This document shows, in pieces, positions 10,728 through 20,606 of a DNA stretch of 45,861 nt. The DNA comes from Stramenopiles sp. TOSAG23-2 (lineage: Eukaryota). The notes beneath the pieces are model-generated. The model ran no database searches. It saw only the letters and a program-made list of their open reading frames with translations, and had not been told where the DNA came from. The position numbers were made by a program, and so were the translations under genes. The stretch lies in assembly GCA_900128395.1 (NCBI GenBank), contig LT649286.1:1-45861 (forward strand), in the 5' to 3' direction. The first letter of the stretch is position 1. Every line of letters begins with the position of its first letter.

Positions 10728-13505
10728 TTATTTACTAACTAATCTACGGCAACCATTCCAGTCACTTGGTGCTGTCAAGTTATGTTTTTCTATCACATTT
10801 AGCAAAGCTTTTGCAGGCCCGTCATTTGGGACTTCCACTAACGCATTTTTTAAATATTCTTTTGCTTTCTTCCAAACACCTTTAAAGTAATATTTCACGC
10901 CCACTTGGAACAATTCTATAAATTTCTTTGGTCTTTTTAAATATAAATTAACCAAATCATTATTCAATGAAAAGTCGATTGCTTGTTGCCTGCCTTTTGC
11001 ATCATATCTGGCTTCTAAAAAATTTTGTGGAGATTTATTGTATAAATCAAAAACATATAAATCCACCGGCATCGTACTGCCTTTCACCGTAACACGGTCT
11101 ATTTTTCTGCACATTTTTCTTGCATCATTCGATAACACATCAGCAACGGAACCGGATAATAATAAATCTGTTCCATATTTTGTTGCTGCACCAGCTAACC
11201 TTGCTGTTAAATTAACATTTGGCGATAAATACGATGCATCAATTTTATGTTTTGAACCAACTGCACCTTCAATTGCCCATCCTATATGCATACCGAATCG
11301 CACATTCACCTTACATGGGCCACCCAAAGCAGCAACCAATGCTGGGTTATGTACAAATTGAACAAATTTTCCATCTTTACTCGCTAGCTGCAATCGAACA
11401 CGAATTTGTAAAATTGCTGCAAGTGCACTTTCAATCAGTTCTAACGATGATATTTTTCTTGTTATTTTACCACCACCTTTTAACTTTTGTGCTTTGGAGT
11501 CTAACAATCTGGTTGATCGACGCTCAAGATCATCGAACTTAGAAGAGCTATTTCTTTGGTTACTATGAATATGTGTAAGCTCGCTACCACCACCTGTATC
11601 GGCTTCGTTTTCTCTTGGCGCTAATTTTCGATTGAACAAGTCATCGTTTAATTTATTTTTCATTTGATCTTCTCGTTCTGGCGTTGCTAGGTTTCTTTGT
11701 ACAATTTCACCTTTGCCAATCCGCCAAGCTAATAAAAATGAAGACCCTGTGTTTTTATTTGCAGCTCCGTAGTAAACATGTACACTTTTATGGACTATGC
11801 TTGCAATTAAATTAATGTATTGGATAGCGCTTTCTCCTAAAGACGCCATAATTTCAGTGTAGTTATCTATTTGAGCATATACAAATACACAGGTCACTTT
11901 TTTACCAGGTTCTAAAGCTTTCAATTCTCCACGACCCATGTTTTTTGCAATAATGTTTGCACCAGCGTAACCAAACCCCACCTGTAATAAACTGCCGATT
12001 TTAGTCAATGTTTTCTCTAAAATTACAGTTTCGAATTCATCTGATGAGGAATGATTGTGGCCATGCGAGAAGTGATTTAATGATCCTAAAGGATTTTCTG
12101 CTAATCGACGAACTAGAGTATACATTCTTTCTAATGGTTCAACTACCATAAATTCAGCATCCCAAACAAAAACAATAGATGAACCTAAAAGTAAGAATAT
12201 AACGAAGAGAGTTTTCATTGAATTATTTATAGCACCTTTTACAGATGAATCTTTCGTGTTGATATACACTGTGCTTTTACATGTTCTTGTTGTGGCATCA
12301 TTATCCGCTTCGATAGTTCCATCGGTCTTATAACATCCTGTTATGGTTATGATAACTACTTCAAACCCTACCCTATATGTTTCTGAAATCTCCGTTGGCG
12401 ATAGCATTGTATCTTTCGAAGGCGTCCAACCCGTTTGGGGGTTTGAATCAACATTATATGGAAGCTCCTCATTTTTATCCTGTTGAAATTGAATTTGATT
12501 TAACCATTTATTTGTTATCGATGGATGCCATGTTGTTTTACAAGATTCTGGGCAGATCTCCAAATGTAAAAGCTGTCCTGTGACGCGAGAATATTGCTCT
12601 ACCCGTGCTTTAAATAAGTGTTGATTTATATTTCCGCTTGTATTGTAATCTTGAGGTAGACGATGAAGCTCTATTAAGCCGTAAACTTCACCCTTATAAC
12701 TTGTCGAAGATTGGAAATTTGTATCAAAAAACGGAAAAAGTAATACACATACCAATACAATTAAAATAACTCGACTATTTGTTAACTTCGTCATCCTTTG
12801 ACTGACAATACTTGGTTCACCGCTAGTTGCCAAACCACGTTGAGTAATACCTGGTGAGTTTGGGGTGTTACTTGTATCCGCATCGGTGCTCGATTGAGAT
12901 TTGATATTTTCATCAGTTTCTTTTATGACCGTACGATGCAAAATACTGGACCTTTGTTCATATGATAGAAATTTAGCAACGCGTATCATTCGTAATAAAC
13001 GTATTATACGAACAATTTTAGCGGCGCGGGTACCAACTCTGGATGCTTTGCCAGCCATTAAAGCATCAGATTTAAGATTTTGGCCTTCGATTGCGTCAAT
13101 TGGATTCCATAACCACGGAACATCTAGCCATATCGAAAATGCTGCAAGTAAATCTAACCAAAAATAGAAGGACGGGTAAGGCAAAAAATAGTTTTTTTCC
13201 ACAATGCAATATAATATAATTTCTAGAAGAAATATAATAAATGATACAAAAAACGCTGTAAAAAGTACTTCATCTGATGATATAGGCAAGTATGCAAGCC
13301 TTAAATCGTCGGCAAACAAAACAAAAACTGTCAGCAATGTCATGAATCCTGTGTAATATTTTGACATAAAGATATTGTTACAACAATCATATATATACTC
13401 TTTGGTATTTGTAATAACATTACTTTCACCACCCTCTGGATTGCCCTGCCTACTATTCCATGTCGATTCTGATGAGACGAAACCTCTACTTCTAGGGTGT
13501 TGCAT
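10728..13505 (-). CDS. Voltage-sensor/ion-channel-like domain-fused class III adenylyl cyclase, C2-like copy (both metal-binding Asp lost)
   Basis: First ATG at 13505 (the track starts at a TTG at 13517). Six hydrophobic segments with S4 RVGTRAAKIVRIIRLLRMIRVAK; cyclase motifs YAQIDNY, ANKNTGSSF, GMHIGWAIEGAVGS, KIDASYLSPNVNLTARL, RVTVKGS; C-terminal TPR-like helix pair (KYYFKGVWKKAKEYL...PNDGP). Confidence 0.92.
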   Translation of the reverse strand: MQHPRSRGFVSSESTWNSRQGNPEGGESNVITNTKEYIYDCCNNIFMSKYYTGFMTLLTVFVLFADDLRLAYLPISSDEVLFTAFFVSFIIFLLEIILYCIVEKNYFLPYPSFYFWLDLLAAFSIWLDVPWLWNPIDAIEGQNLKSDALMAGKASRVGTRAAKIVRIIRLLRMIRVAKFLSYEQRSSILHRTVIKETDENIKSQSSTDADTSNTPNSPGITQRGLATSGEPSIVSQRMTKLTNSRVILIVLVCVLLFPFFDTNFQSSTSYKGEVYGLIELHRLPQDYNTSGNINQHLFKARVEQYSRVTGQLLHLEICPESCKTTWHPSITNKWLNQIQFQQDKNEELPYNVDSNPQTGWTPSKDTMLSPTEISETYRVGFEVVIITITGCYKTDGTIEADNDATTRTCKSTVYINTKDSSVKGAINNSMKTLFVIFLLLGSSIVFVWDAEFMVVEPLERMYTLVRRLAENPLGSLNHFSHGHNHSSSDEFETVILEKTLTKIGSLLQVGFGYAGANIIAKNMGRGELKALEPGKKVTCVFVYAQIDNYTEIMASLGESAIQYINLIASIVHKSVHVYYGAANKNTGSSFLLAWRIGKGEIVQRNLATPEREDQMKNKLNDDLFNRKLAPRENEADTGGGSELTHIHSNQRNSSSKFDDLERRSTRLLDSKAQKLKGGGKITRKISSLELIESALAAILQIRVRLQLASKDGKFVQFVHNPALVAALGGPCKVNVRFGMHIGWAIEGAVGSKHKIDASYLSPNVNLTARLAGAATKYGTDLLLSGSVADVLSNDARKMCRKIDRVTVKGSTMPVDLYVFDLYNKSPQNFLEARYDAKGRQQAIDFSLNNDLVNLYLKRPKKFIELFQVGVKYYFKGVWKKAKEYLKNALVEVPNDGPAKALLNVIEKHNLTAPSDWNGCRRLVSK

Positions 13506-14204
13506 CTTCGAATCCAAGCAATATAACTATCGTTAATTTCTTACTTTACATAAGATTTGAAATTGGAGATCGGGTGGGTAGATAAGATAAATACGAAGAT
13601 AATCTATACCTATGTAGTAAAGTGCATGATGGATGTTGATGTGGTGCATGCCACACCAGCACAGTCATGGTTATTGTAATATAAATAAGAATAAAGTATA
13701 GTATAGTGTTTTATTATTATTATTATTATTATACAAAAATACCCAGCAGCTATATAAGCTTCCATCATCCATCAGCTTTACTGACTTACCAGCTCTTATC
13801 ATTGAATTTTTGCCAGACGTCTTGAAGGATTGGATTAGTAAGGAATTACTACTGTCGTCGGACGAAAAAAATTACTTGGTAATTTATGAAGCTCATATAA
13901 TAATAGCACAAATACTATTATAATAATAATACTATTGTGCTATTACCAATCTGCAATCTGGCCACCAGCAATCTAAATCACAATAACAACAACATATATT
14001 ATTATTATTACAGCAGACTCTTTTATTGGAAGACTGAAAGGCAGCTGCAAAGCCTGGGAAGACGCCAGGAAAATACACATACAAATTTCGTTTCTTAAAA
14101 ATCTGTTTTAACAATAACAATATCAAATATATATATTGAAACATCTAACAGTAGAGGAATTGCTCGTCTTAATCCTTATTTTCTACTTCTGTGAAAAGAC
14201 TAAT

Positions 14205-17150
14205 ATGGAGAAGGTAGATCAATATGTAAGTAAAAACAATGTAGAAATGAGGACAAGTAAGGAATGGCACATAAATAGCCCGCCCTCAACGGTGAACAGC
14301 AACAAAATAGCATTTGCTAATAGTCCAGAAGAAGTTCTGGGTAGTTTTTCAAAAGAAGGAAAGCGACGTGAGAGCAACAGTCTGCTTGGAAATACTGATA
14401 TGATTGCTACTCAGAAATTTTTGACACCTCCACGTCGTGTATCATATGATTCGCAACGCAGGTTGGATGAACGAAGGAAAAAGTCTAAGAATAGAAAATC
14501 GTTGTATGCGGCCTGGGTTGAATCAAAACAGTGGGGCGTTTTTATTACTTTAGTGACTTTGTACGCTTTGTTTGGAGACGATCTGAGATTGTTGGCATAT
14601 ACGAAAGAAAGCGATCCGGTTTTTTATGCAATGTCCTTTATCGCTCTTGTAATTTTTGTCATAGAAATTTTTGTGAGTGTGTATGCAAGAAAGGATTATT
14701 TATGGGGGTTTATTTTTTGGTTGGATGTTATTTCAACTTTGTCATTAATTCCGGATATTGCCTGGCTTTGGATTCCGCTATTACAATCGCTAGGTGACGA
14801 TACCAGTGGGACTGAAGAAAACAACGATATGTTAAACGCTAGTAGAGCTACGCGTGCGGGCACTAGGGCTACACGCATGTTAAGAATAGTTAGGCTGGTT
14901 AGAATGGTTCGAATTGTAAAGTTATTCAAACATTATCGATTGTGGTTAAATGAAAGTAGAATCATTAGAGGTTGGAGTCAAGAAAATAGTGATGATCGAT
15001 TGCCCACTCGTCATAGTCGAGATTTATATTTAGGTAATGAAGAAAGTAAATATTCAAATGATGAACCAAGCAAAATTGGTAAGAAATTGCTAGCATCAAC
15101 TTCGAAACGAATTATTACATTGGTTCTTTTAATAATAGTATTTTTGCCATCGTTTGATACAGAATATTCAGTTAGTGAGAACGAATATCACGAATATGGT
15201 TTAACAAATTTACATAGAATGTCACAAGATTATAACTATTCAAAACAACTACAAGAAACCGATGTAAAAAACCTGGTTACTGATTATGCTAGGTATACTG
15301 GAAATCTGATTTATTTAGAATCTTGCGAAAAAAATTGTCCGCATACGTGGGGTCGTCAAATAATTAATAAATGGTTGAAAGAAATGCGATTTCAGCCAAT
15401 TAATGAAGGCGGGCACGTAGATAGAACAGCACCTTTCACGCTTACTACTAACCCTGTAACAGGTTGGAATTTTGATAGTATCTATAGTAATTATGAAAAC
15501 ATTGAGAAAGATCTACGTAATGGAGAGTTAACACGGGTGACTGTTACGGGCTGTTTCATCCCATGTATAAATAACCAGTCTATCATCGATCCATGGAATC
15601 ATGGTGTGGATAATTTTTGTGCTGTGGACACTTCAAACTATAAATCACCCTACGGTATAGTCTCCTCGCGCTACCATGGTTGCGTTAGTCGAGCATATTT
15701 TGACAATAGAGTAGAAAGTAAACTAATGGCTGGTTTAAGCATTATAAAAACGTTGTGTGTAATGTTTATTCTCGGTGGTGGTATTATAATGTTTCACAGA
15801 GATGCAAATAACAATGTGGTTGGGCCGATTGAAAGGATGACTTCCATTGTAAATCAACTGGCAAAAGACCCATTAGCAATTCCACAATTAAATGAACAGA
15901 GTTCCAATGCAGATACCGGTTATGAGACTGAGATAATTGAGCAAACTTTGAATAAAGTTGGTGCTTTGATGCGTGTTGGATTTGGCGCAGCTGGTTCTGA
16001 AATTATACGACAGAATTTATCTACCGGTAAATTTGAACCAATTGTTCCAGGGAAAAAAATTACAGCTTGCTACATGTTTTGCGACATACGTAAATTTACG
16101 GATACAACTGAATGTCTGCAAGAAGAAGTGATGGTATATGTAAACAAAATAGGTGAATTGGTCCATGACATTGCAGTGAATTATTATGGAATGGCAAATA
16201 AAAATGTTGGAGATGCTTTTTTATTATCATGGAAATTACAAGATGGGGAAATTCCAGGGTTTTCAAGTTACAATGATGGCTCTGATGACATCGGACGAGG
16301 CATATTGAAAAATATTACATGTCCACCGCACGCTGGTGGTGGTACAAGAAAACGGGAACTAACTACAATTGAAATGGCAGATAGTGTATTGGCAGCTACA
16401 GTTAAAAGTTGCAATGATTTGATCATTGCCAACATGAGTGGTAATTTAAGTAAATACAGGACTCAGGAAAGCGTGCGAGAGCGATTTGGTCCAAATTTTC
16501 GTGTTCAAATGGGTTTTGGTGTACATTGTGGTTGGTGCATTGAAGGTGCTATTGGATCCAAATATAAAATCGATTGTACTTACCTTTCTCCACATGTTGA
16601 TATGGCAGATCGTTTAGAGGCAAGTTCAAAAATATTTAACACGCCAATCTGTATCTCGCATTGGCTGGTCGGGCTATTGTCCCCACAAGCTCGAAAGCAC
16701 TTGCGCATAGTCGATCGTGTCACTGTACCCGGTTTGCTCAAAGAGGATGGCGAAGGCGGCAGTGTAAAATTGCCAATGACTATATACACGTTTGATATTA
16801 CTGATCCGGTATTGAATTTTTTAGACCCTCAATACCAGGAGGATTTAAATCATCACAAAAATAGTAGCAGTAGACTTCAATTGCCAATAAAATGGGGCGC
16901 CACGGATGTTATGAGACAAATTGACGATGCAAGACGCTCTATACCTACCTCGTTTTATAAAAAATACAATGCAGGTGTTGAGAATTATTTGAATGGAAAT
17001 TGGACGAAAGCTAAAGATCTTTTATTAGAAGCTAGTAAAATATATCCAGGTGACGGTCCAACACGACAATTGTTAAAATATATGAAATCTGAGAATTATA
17101 ACGCACCAAGTAATTGGAAAGAAACATATCATTCAATAGACAATTTTTGA
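14205..17150 (+). CDS. Voltage-sensor/ion-channel-like domain-fused class III adenylyl cyclase, C1-like copy (metal Asp kept; catalytic Asn and VKG Lys lost)
   Basis: First ATG at 14205 (the track starts at a TTG at 14136). S4 RATRAGTRATRMLRIVRLVRMVRIVK; FCDIRKFT, ANKNVGDAFLL, GVHCGWCIEGAIGS, KIDCTYLSPHVDMADRL, RVTVPG; C-terminal TPR-like segment (NYLNGNWTKAKDLL...PGDGP). Confidence 0.93.
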   Translation: MEKVDQYVSKNNVEMRTSKEWHINSPPSTVNSNKIAFANSPEEVLGSFSKEGKRRESNSLLGNTDMIATQKFLTPPRRVSYDSQRRLDERRKKSKNRKSLYAAWVESKQWGVFITLVTLYALFGDDLRLLAYTKESDPVFYAMSFIALVIFVIEIFVSVYARKDYLWGFIFWLDVISTLSLIPDIAWLWIPLLQSLGDDTSGTEENNDMLNASRATRAGTRATRMLRIVRLVRMVRIVKLFKHYRLWLNESRIIRGWSQENSDDRLPTRHSRDLYLGNEESKYSNDEPSKIGKKLLASTSKRIITLVLLIIVFLPSFDTEYSVSENEYHEYGLTNLHRMSQDYNYSKQLQETDVKNLVTDYARYTGNLIYLESCEKNCPHTWGRQIINKWLKEMRFQPINEGGHVDRTAPFTLTTNPVTGWNFDSIYSNYENIEKDLRNGELTRVTVTGCFIPCINNQSIIDPWNHGVDNFCAVDTSNYKSPYGIVSSRYHGCVSRAYFDNRVESKLMAGLSIIKTLCVMFILGGGIIMFHRDANNNVVGPIERMTSIVNQLAKDPLAIPQLNEQSSNADTGYETEIIEQTLNKVGALMRVGFGAAGSEIIRQNLSTGKFEPIVPGKKITACYMFCDIRKFTDTTECLQEEVMVYVNKIGELVHDIAVNYYGMANKNVGDAFLLSWKLQDGEIPGFSSYNDGSDDIGRGILKNITCPPHAGGGTRKRELTTIEMADSVLAATVKSCNDLIIANMSGNLSKYRTQESVRERFGPNFRVQMGFGVHCGWCIEGAIGSKYKIDCTYLSPHVDMADRLEASSKIFNTPICISHWLVGLLSPQARKHLRIVDRVTVPGLLKEDGEGGSVKLPMTIYTFDITDPVLNFLDPQYQEDLNHHKNSSSRLQLPIKWGATDVMRQIDDARRSIPTSFYKKYNAGVENYLNGNWTKAKDLLLEASKIYPGDGPTRQLLKYMKSENYNAPSNWKETYHSIDNF

Positions 17151-17492
17151 TTTTTCTTAGAAGTGTTACTTAATGCAATATCATATACGAAGTCGTATAA
17201 ACGCGAGATACTTTGATTATATCTGTGATCTGATTCAGTATTTTACGATATTAGTGTGATACTGGATATTCGTATACGAAGTCGTATCATTTGCGTACGT
17301 ACGACCACACTTGTTTTTACCTGGAGCTGGAAAACGAAGCAACATTGTATGATATGAAATTTAGAGAGATATGCATATTTTATATTTTTTTTATTTTTTA
17401 TAAAATAAAATAATATTTAATATTACTCGTATTTTTTCTTTAAAAAAAAATTACGAAGGAAGTACTCTTTACACGAACATACACTACATTAT

Positions 17493-17687
17493 ATGGTTAA
17501 AATCTAAGTTATATAATAATTTTACTTCTCATGTTAACATATACTTTCATGTTAACATGTACACTATTATATATATATATATATATCGAGGATTAACAGA
17601 TATTATTCCTGAAATTGAGTATTTGGCGTAGTATTTACCACGGGAACTAAAATTATTACGTCGTATAACACTTTAGATTTTAACCAT
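17493..17687. mobile_element. MITE/foldback-like element, copy 2
   Basis: Perfect 15-nt inverted termini ATGGTTAAAATCTAA (17493-17507) and TTAGATTTTAACCAT (17673-17687). The left arm nearly matches the reverse complement of the right arm of the 8431-8581 copy. Confidence 0.6.
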
Positions 17688-17714
17688 CATACATATCAAT
17701 ATATATATATGAAA

Positions 17715-18476
17715 CTACTTCCTTGAACCATCTCGTTCTGTTTTTTCATTGACCAACATATATGCAGGTTTATAACTATTTTCATCTATTTTTAATTCTT
17801 CATTTCGTATCGTATTTGATTTTCCGCCGACAGATGTATAGCCTTGGTCATACAGAGTACAATATGGCACATTAAACAACCTCAAAAAGTCCCATATATC
17901 ATTATATTTCCAGTCTAAACAAGGATTTAATCTTAAAAAGTTTGGCCAACCGGGACTGCTTGGAGAAAGTCGTTCTAGATGCTCTCCGTGTGGATCAGAA
18001 CGACGCGTGCCCATAACAATGACTTTTATACTATCGTCGTTGGTCAACTTAACAAGCCCCTCTTTAAATGGGCAATTGAAAAACTGCAAGTTTAGGCTAT
18101 ACGATTTAATTGTATTGTCAATGAATTCTAGCTCTTCTTCAAAGCATTCATCATTCTTAAAATAAAAAGAATTGATCTTATCAGAGTTGGACTGTAGTTT
18201 AACGGAGGAGGTAGAGTTGCTTTCATTATCTTTTTTATTGTTAAAATTAGTTTGTTCAGCCAATGCCATCCGTATTAAATGTAAAACAACAGTAGAATCT
18301 TTACCACCATTGAATGAAAAACTAATTTGCCGTGGAAAAATGTCATAGCATCTACTTAGTAATAAAATAGCTTCTCGAACAAGTTTACAAGTTTTCAACG
18401 TCCTTTCGCTATTTATACCAAGTGAATTTGTTTGATCTTTTTCTAATATTGATAATTTTTCTAAAAGCTCTGCCAT
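17715..18476 (-). CDS. FAD synthase (PAPS reductase family, single-domain Fad1-like)
   Basis: SFSFNGGKDSTVVL, MGTRRSDPHG, SPGWPNFLRLNPCLDW.Y..IW.FL, YCTLYDQGYTSVG, PAYML...ER. First ATG at 18476. Confidence 0.92.
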   Translation of the reverse strand: MAELLEKLSILEKDQTNSLGINSERTLKTCKLVREAILLLSRCYDIFPRQISFSFNGGKDSTVVLHLIRMALAEQTNFNNKKDNESNSTSSVKLQSNSDKINSFYFKNDECFEEELEFIDNTIKSYSLNLQFFNCPFKEGLVKLTNDDSIKVIVMGTRRSDPHGEHLERLSPSSPGWPNFLRLNPCLDWKYNDIWDFLRLFNVPYCTLYDQGYTSVGGKSNTIRNEELKIDENSYKPAYMLVNEKTERDGSRK

Positions 18477-18913
18477 TATATTCAATTGGTGCCAAATTTA
18501 TATGTATATGATATATTACTGTATATGCATGTATTGGAACTATTATCAATGCAACAAACAAATTTATTATAATATCTTCTCTATATATATATGTATACAT
18601 ATATTACTACACCATCTACAAAAATGAATGTATATATTTATTAGAAAAATATTGCACTCTTTGATGGCACTACTTTTATTAGTTAATTAGGTACGTTAAT
18701 TATATACTTATACTCACAGTACATTTACACATCATACTAGTAGCAACAAAATTATTTATATTTGGGAATTATTGGGTCCTGTATATATTGTTCTAATTGT
18801 GATTTAGCGAATTTTAATACCAGGTAAATAGTGTTGTACAAAAGTCATATAGGAAATAATTTACATAGACGACTATTATTTAGTAAAAAAGAATATTCGT
18901 ATCACTTTTTTGG

Positions 18914-19591
18914 TTAAAACTCACTCCAATAATGAGATTTACTTGCAATCATATCAGCTGCTTCCTCTTCATCATCTATCTTTCGAACTTTGATTTTATA
19001 AAAATTGTTTTTACCATTCTTTTTAATTGTTGGTTTATGTGGCACCGGCGTATTTTTCTGCTCTAAAGAACTCCAATCGCTATGGGAAAAATAATTGTGT
19101 TCTTTAATTTTATCTGCGGTGGATAAACGTTTTTCTGGTTTTGCAATGAACATTTTTTTAAACAATGTTTTTGCATCTTTTGGGCAACCACTTGGGATTT
19201 TATATTTAGATTTCATTACACGTAAATATACTTCATATCGAGTATTGTCAGAATTGCCAAATGGTGGTTCGCCATTTAACAAGGAAAACATAGTACATGC
19301 AAATGACCACCAATCAACTATACTAGTATATCCAGCTTTGGAATGTATATCTAATTGTTCTGGTGCTAAATAATGAGGCGTGCCTAAATTTGTAAAACAA
19401 CGTCCATCCTTATTAACGGTGCGTGCAAATCCAAAATCACACAATTTTAAATGCCCTTGTCTATCTAACAAGCAATTTTCTGGCTTGACATCTCTATGCA
19501 ATATACCAATTTTATGCAAATATTCTAATGCTAATAAAAGTTCTTGTCCATAAAATAATACATCTGCTTCAGGTAATTTATTACTTGCATG
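18914..19591 (-). pseudogene. 5'-truncated AGC/PKA-C-like Ser/Thr kinase (C-lobe only)
   Basis: HRDVKPEN, DFG, GTPHYLAPE, DWWS and an AGC-type tail ending YWSEF. No Gly-rich loop or VAIK N-lobe was found upstream. This could be a real truncation or an assembly artifact. Confidence 0.7.
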
Positions 19592-20436
19592 GGTGCTATG
19601 CGGTAGAAATAGCAGATATTGTAAATGAACTAAATGCCCGTCGACTTGCATATGAACGGATTCAGACTTATCAAAGCGAGATTAGAAAACTGGATATTGA
19701 AATATCAAGATATTGCCTTTTAAAAACAGAATCTAAAAATGCATATGAGCAATACTTACATGCTTTAAAATTTGGCCAAAGCGAACAACAAAATAGAATG
19801 GTTATAAGCATGGATGCAAGGGAACAAATCAAAAAATGTAATTTTCTTATTTTCACATGTTGTGTTAAAGGTCAACTAACTGATCCTCATTTAGTAGAGA
19901 GCGTAAATAGTTCGTTTAATCCAGATAAAAATGCTAAAAAGTTAGGTTTGCGATCTATGGTTGGTAATGTGACTATGGCATACACGTACCGTAGACTTCG
20001 TAAACGAAAAGCTATACATGTATATAGAATGGGAATGATTGAAGAAAATATTCGTAATGGTGGCATCAACAAGGATGAACTGAATGGTATTGTAACTGGC
20101 GATTCAATGAGCCTTAGCGAAGAGTGCGAGGATATTACTAATGCAGAATATAATAAATACCATGGTCGTGTTATTGATGGTATCAACCGTCGTGCTTTCA
20201 AATCAAAATTGGTGTATAAATTTTCACAAGAAAATTCTGCAAAATATTCCGTATCAGTTGTCTACGACAGTAACATTATTGTTGAACACTTTTATTTGTA
20301 CATGAATACTATGGCTGATTTAACACGACGCGGAGTTATTCTATATACGCCGGAAGGATCAAATACGACATTTGTGGCACCGAAATTATTAAAAGTTCTG
20401 GGAGAAGTACAAATGAAAAAGATATTAATAGGCTAG
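19588..20436 (+). pseudogene. 5'-truncated IQGAP/RasGAP C-terminal (RGCT)-like coding fragment
   Basis: A coiled segment, then TMAYTYRRLRKRKAI and FKSKLVYKFS...VEHFYLYMNTMADLTRRGV...KLLKVL, resembling the IQGAP C-terminus as I recall it. The track's first 20 codons are just antisense kinase sequence. Confidence 0.5.
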
Positions 20437-20606
20437 AAAAAAAAAATAAGGGTGCTTTTAATATTTTTATTAGTGTGTTCAAATGTGATATATTACACAC
20501 ATATGCATAATATAAAAATATACCTTTTTCGTATTACTGATAAATATTCGAGTATAAAAAAATATAATATATTTTTTTTTTTTAGTTTATGATAATTCAT
20601 AAATTT

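Noticed and set aside
10728-13505. Minus-strand cyclase as a guanylyl cyclase or pseudogene
   Set aside because: It has the ATP-specifying Lys/Asp pair rather than Glu/Cys, the frame is intact, and losses are confined to the C1-type residues.
10728-17150. Ciliate origin or non-standard code suggested by Paramecium-type cyclases
   Set aside because: Long ORFs are open in the standard code and TAA, TAG and TGA all terminate genes at the expected C-termini.
19528-19651. Genuine overlapping antisense genes (kinase and plus-strand ORF)
   Set aside because: The overlap is only stop-free run-through beyond the junction; family similarity of each ORF ends at about 19590.
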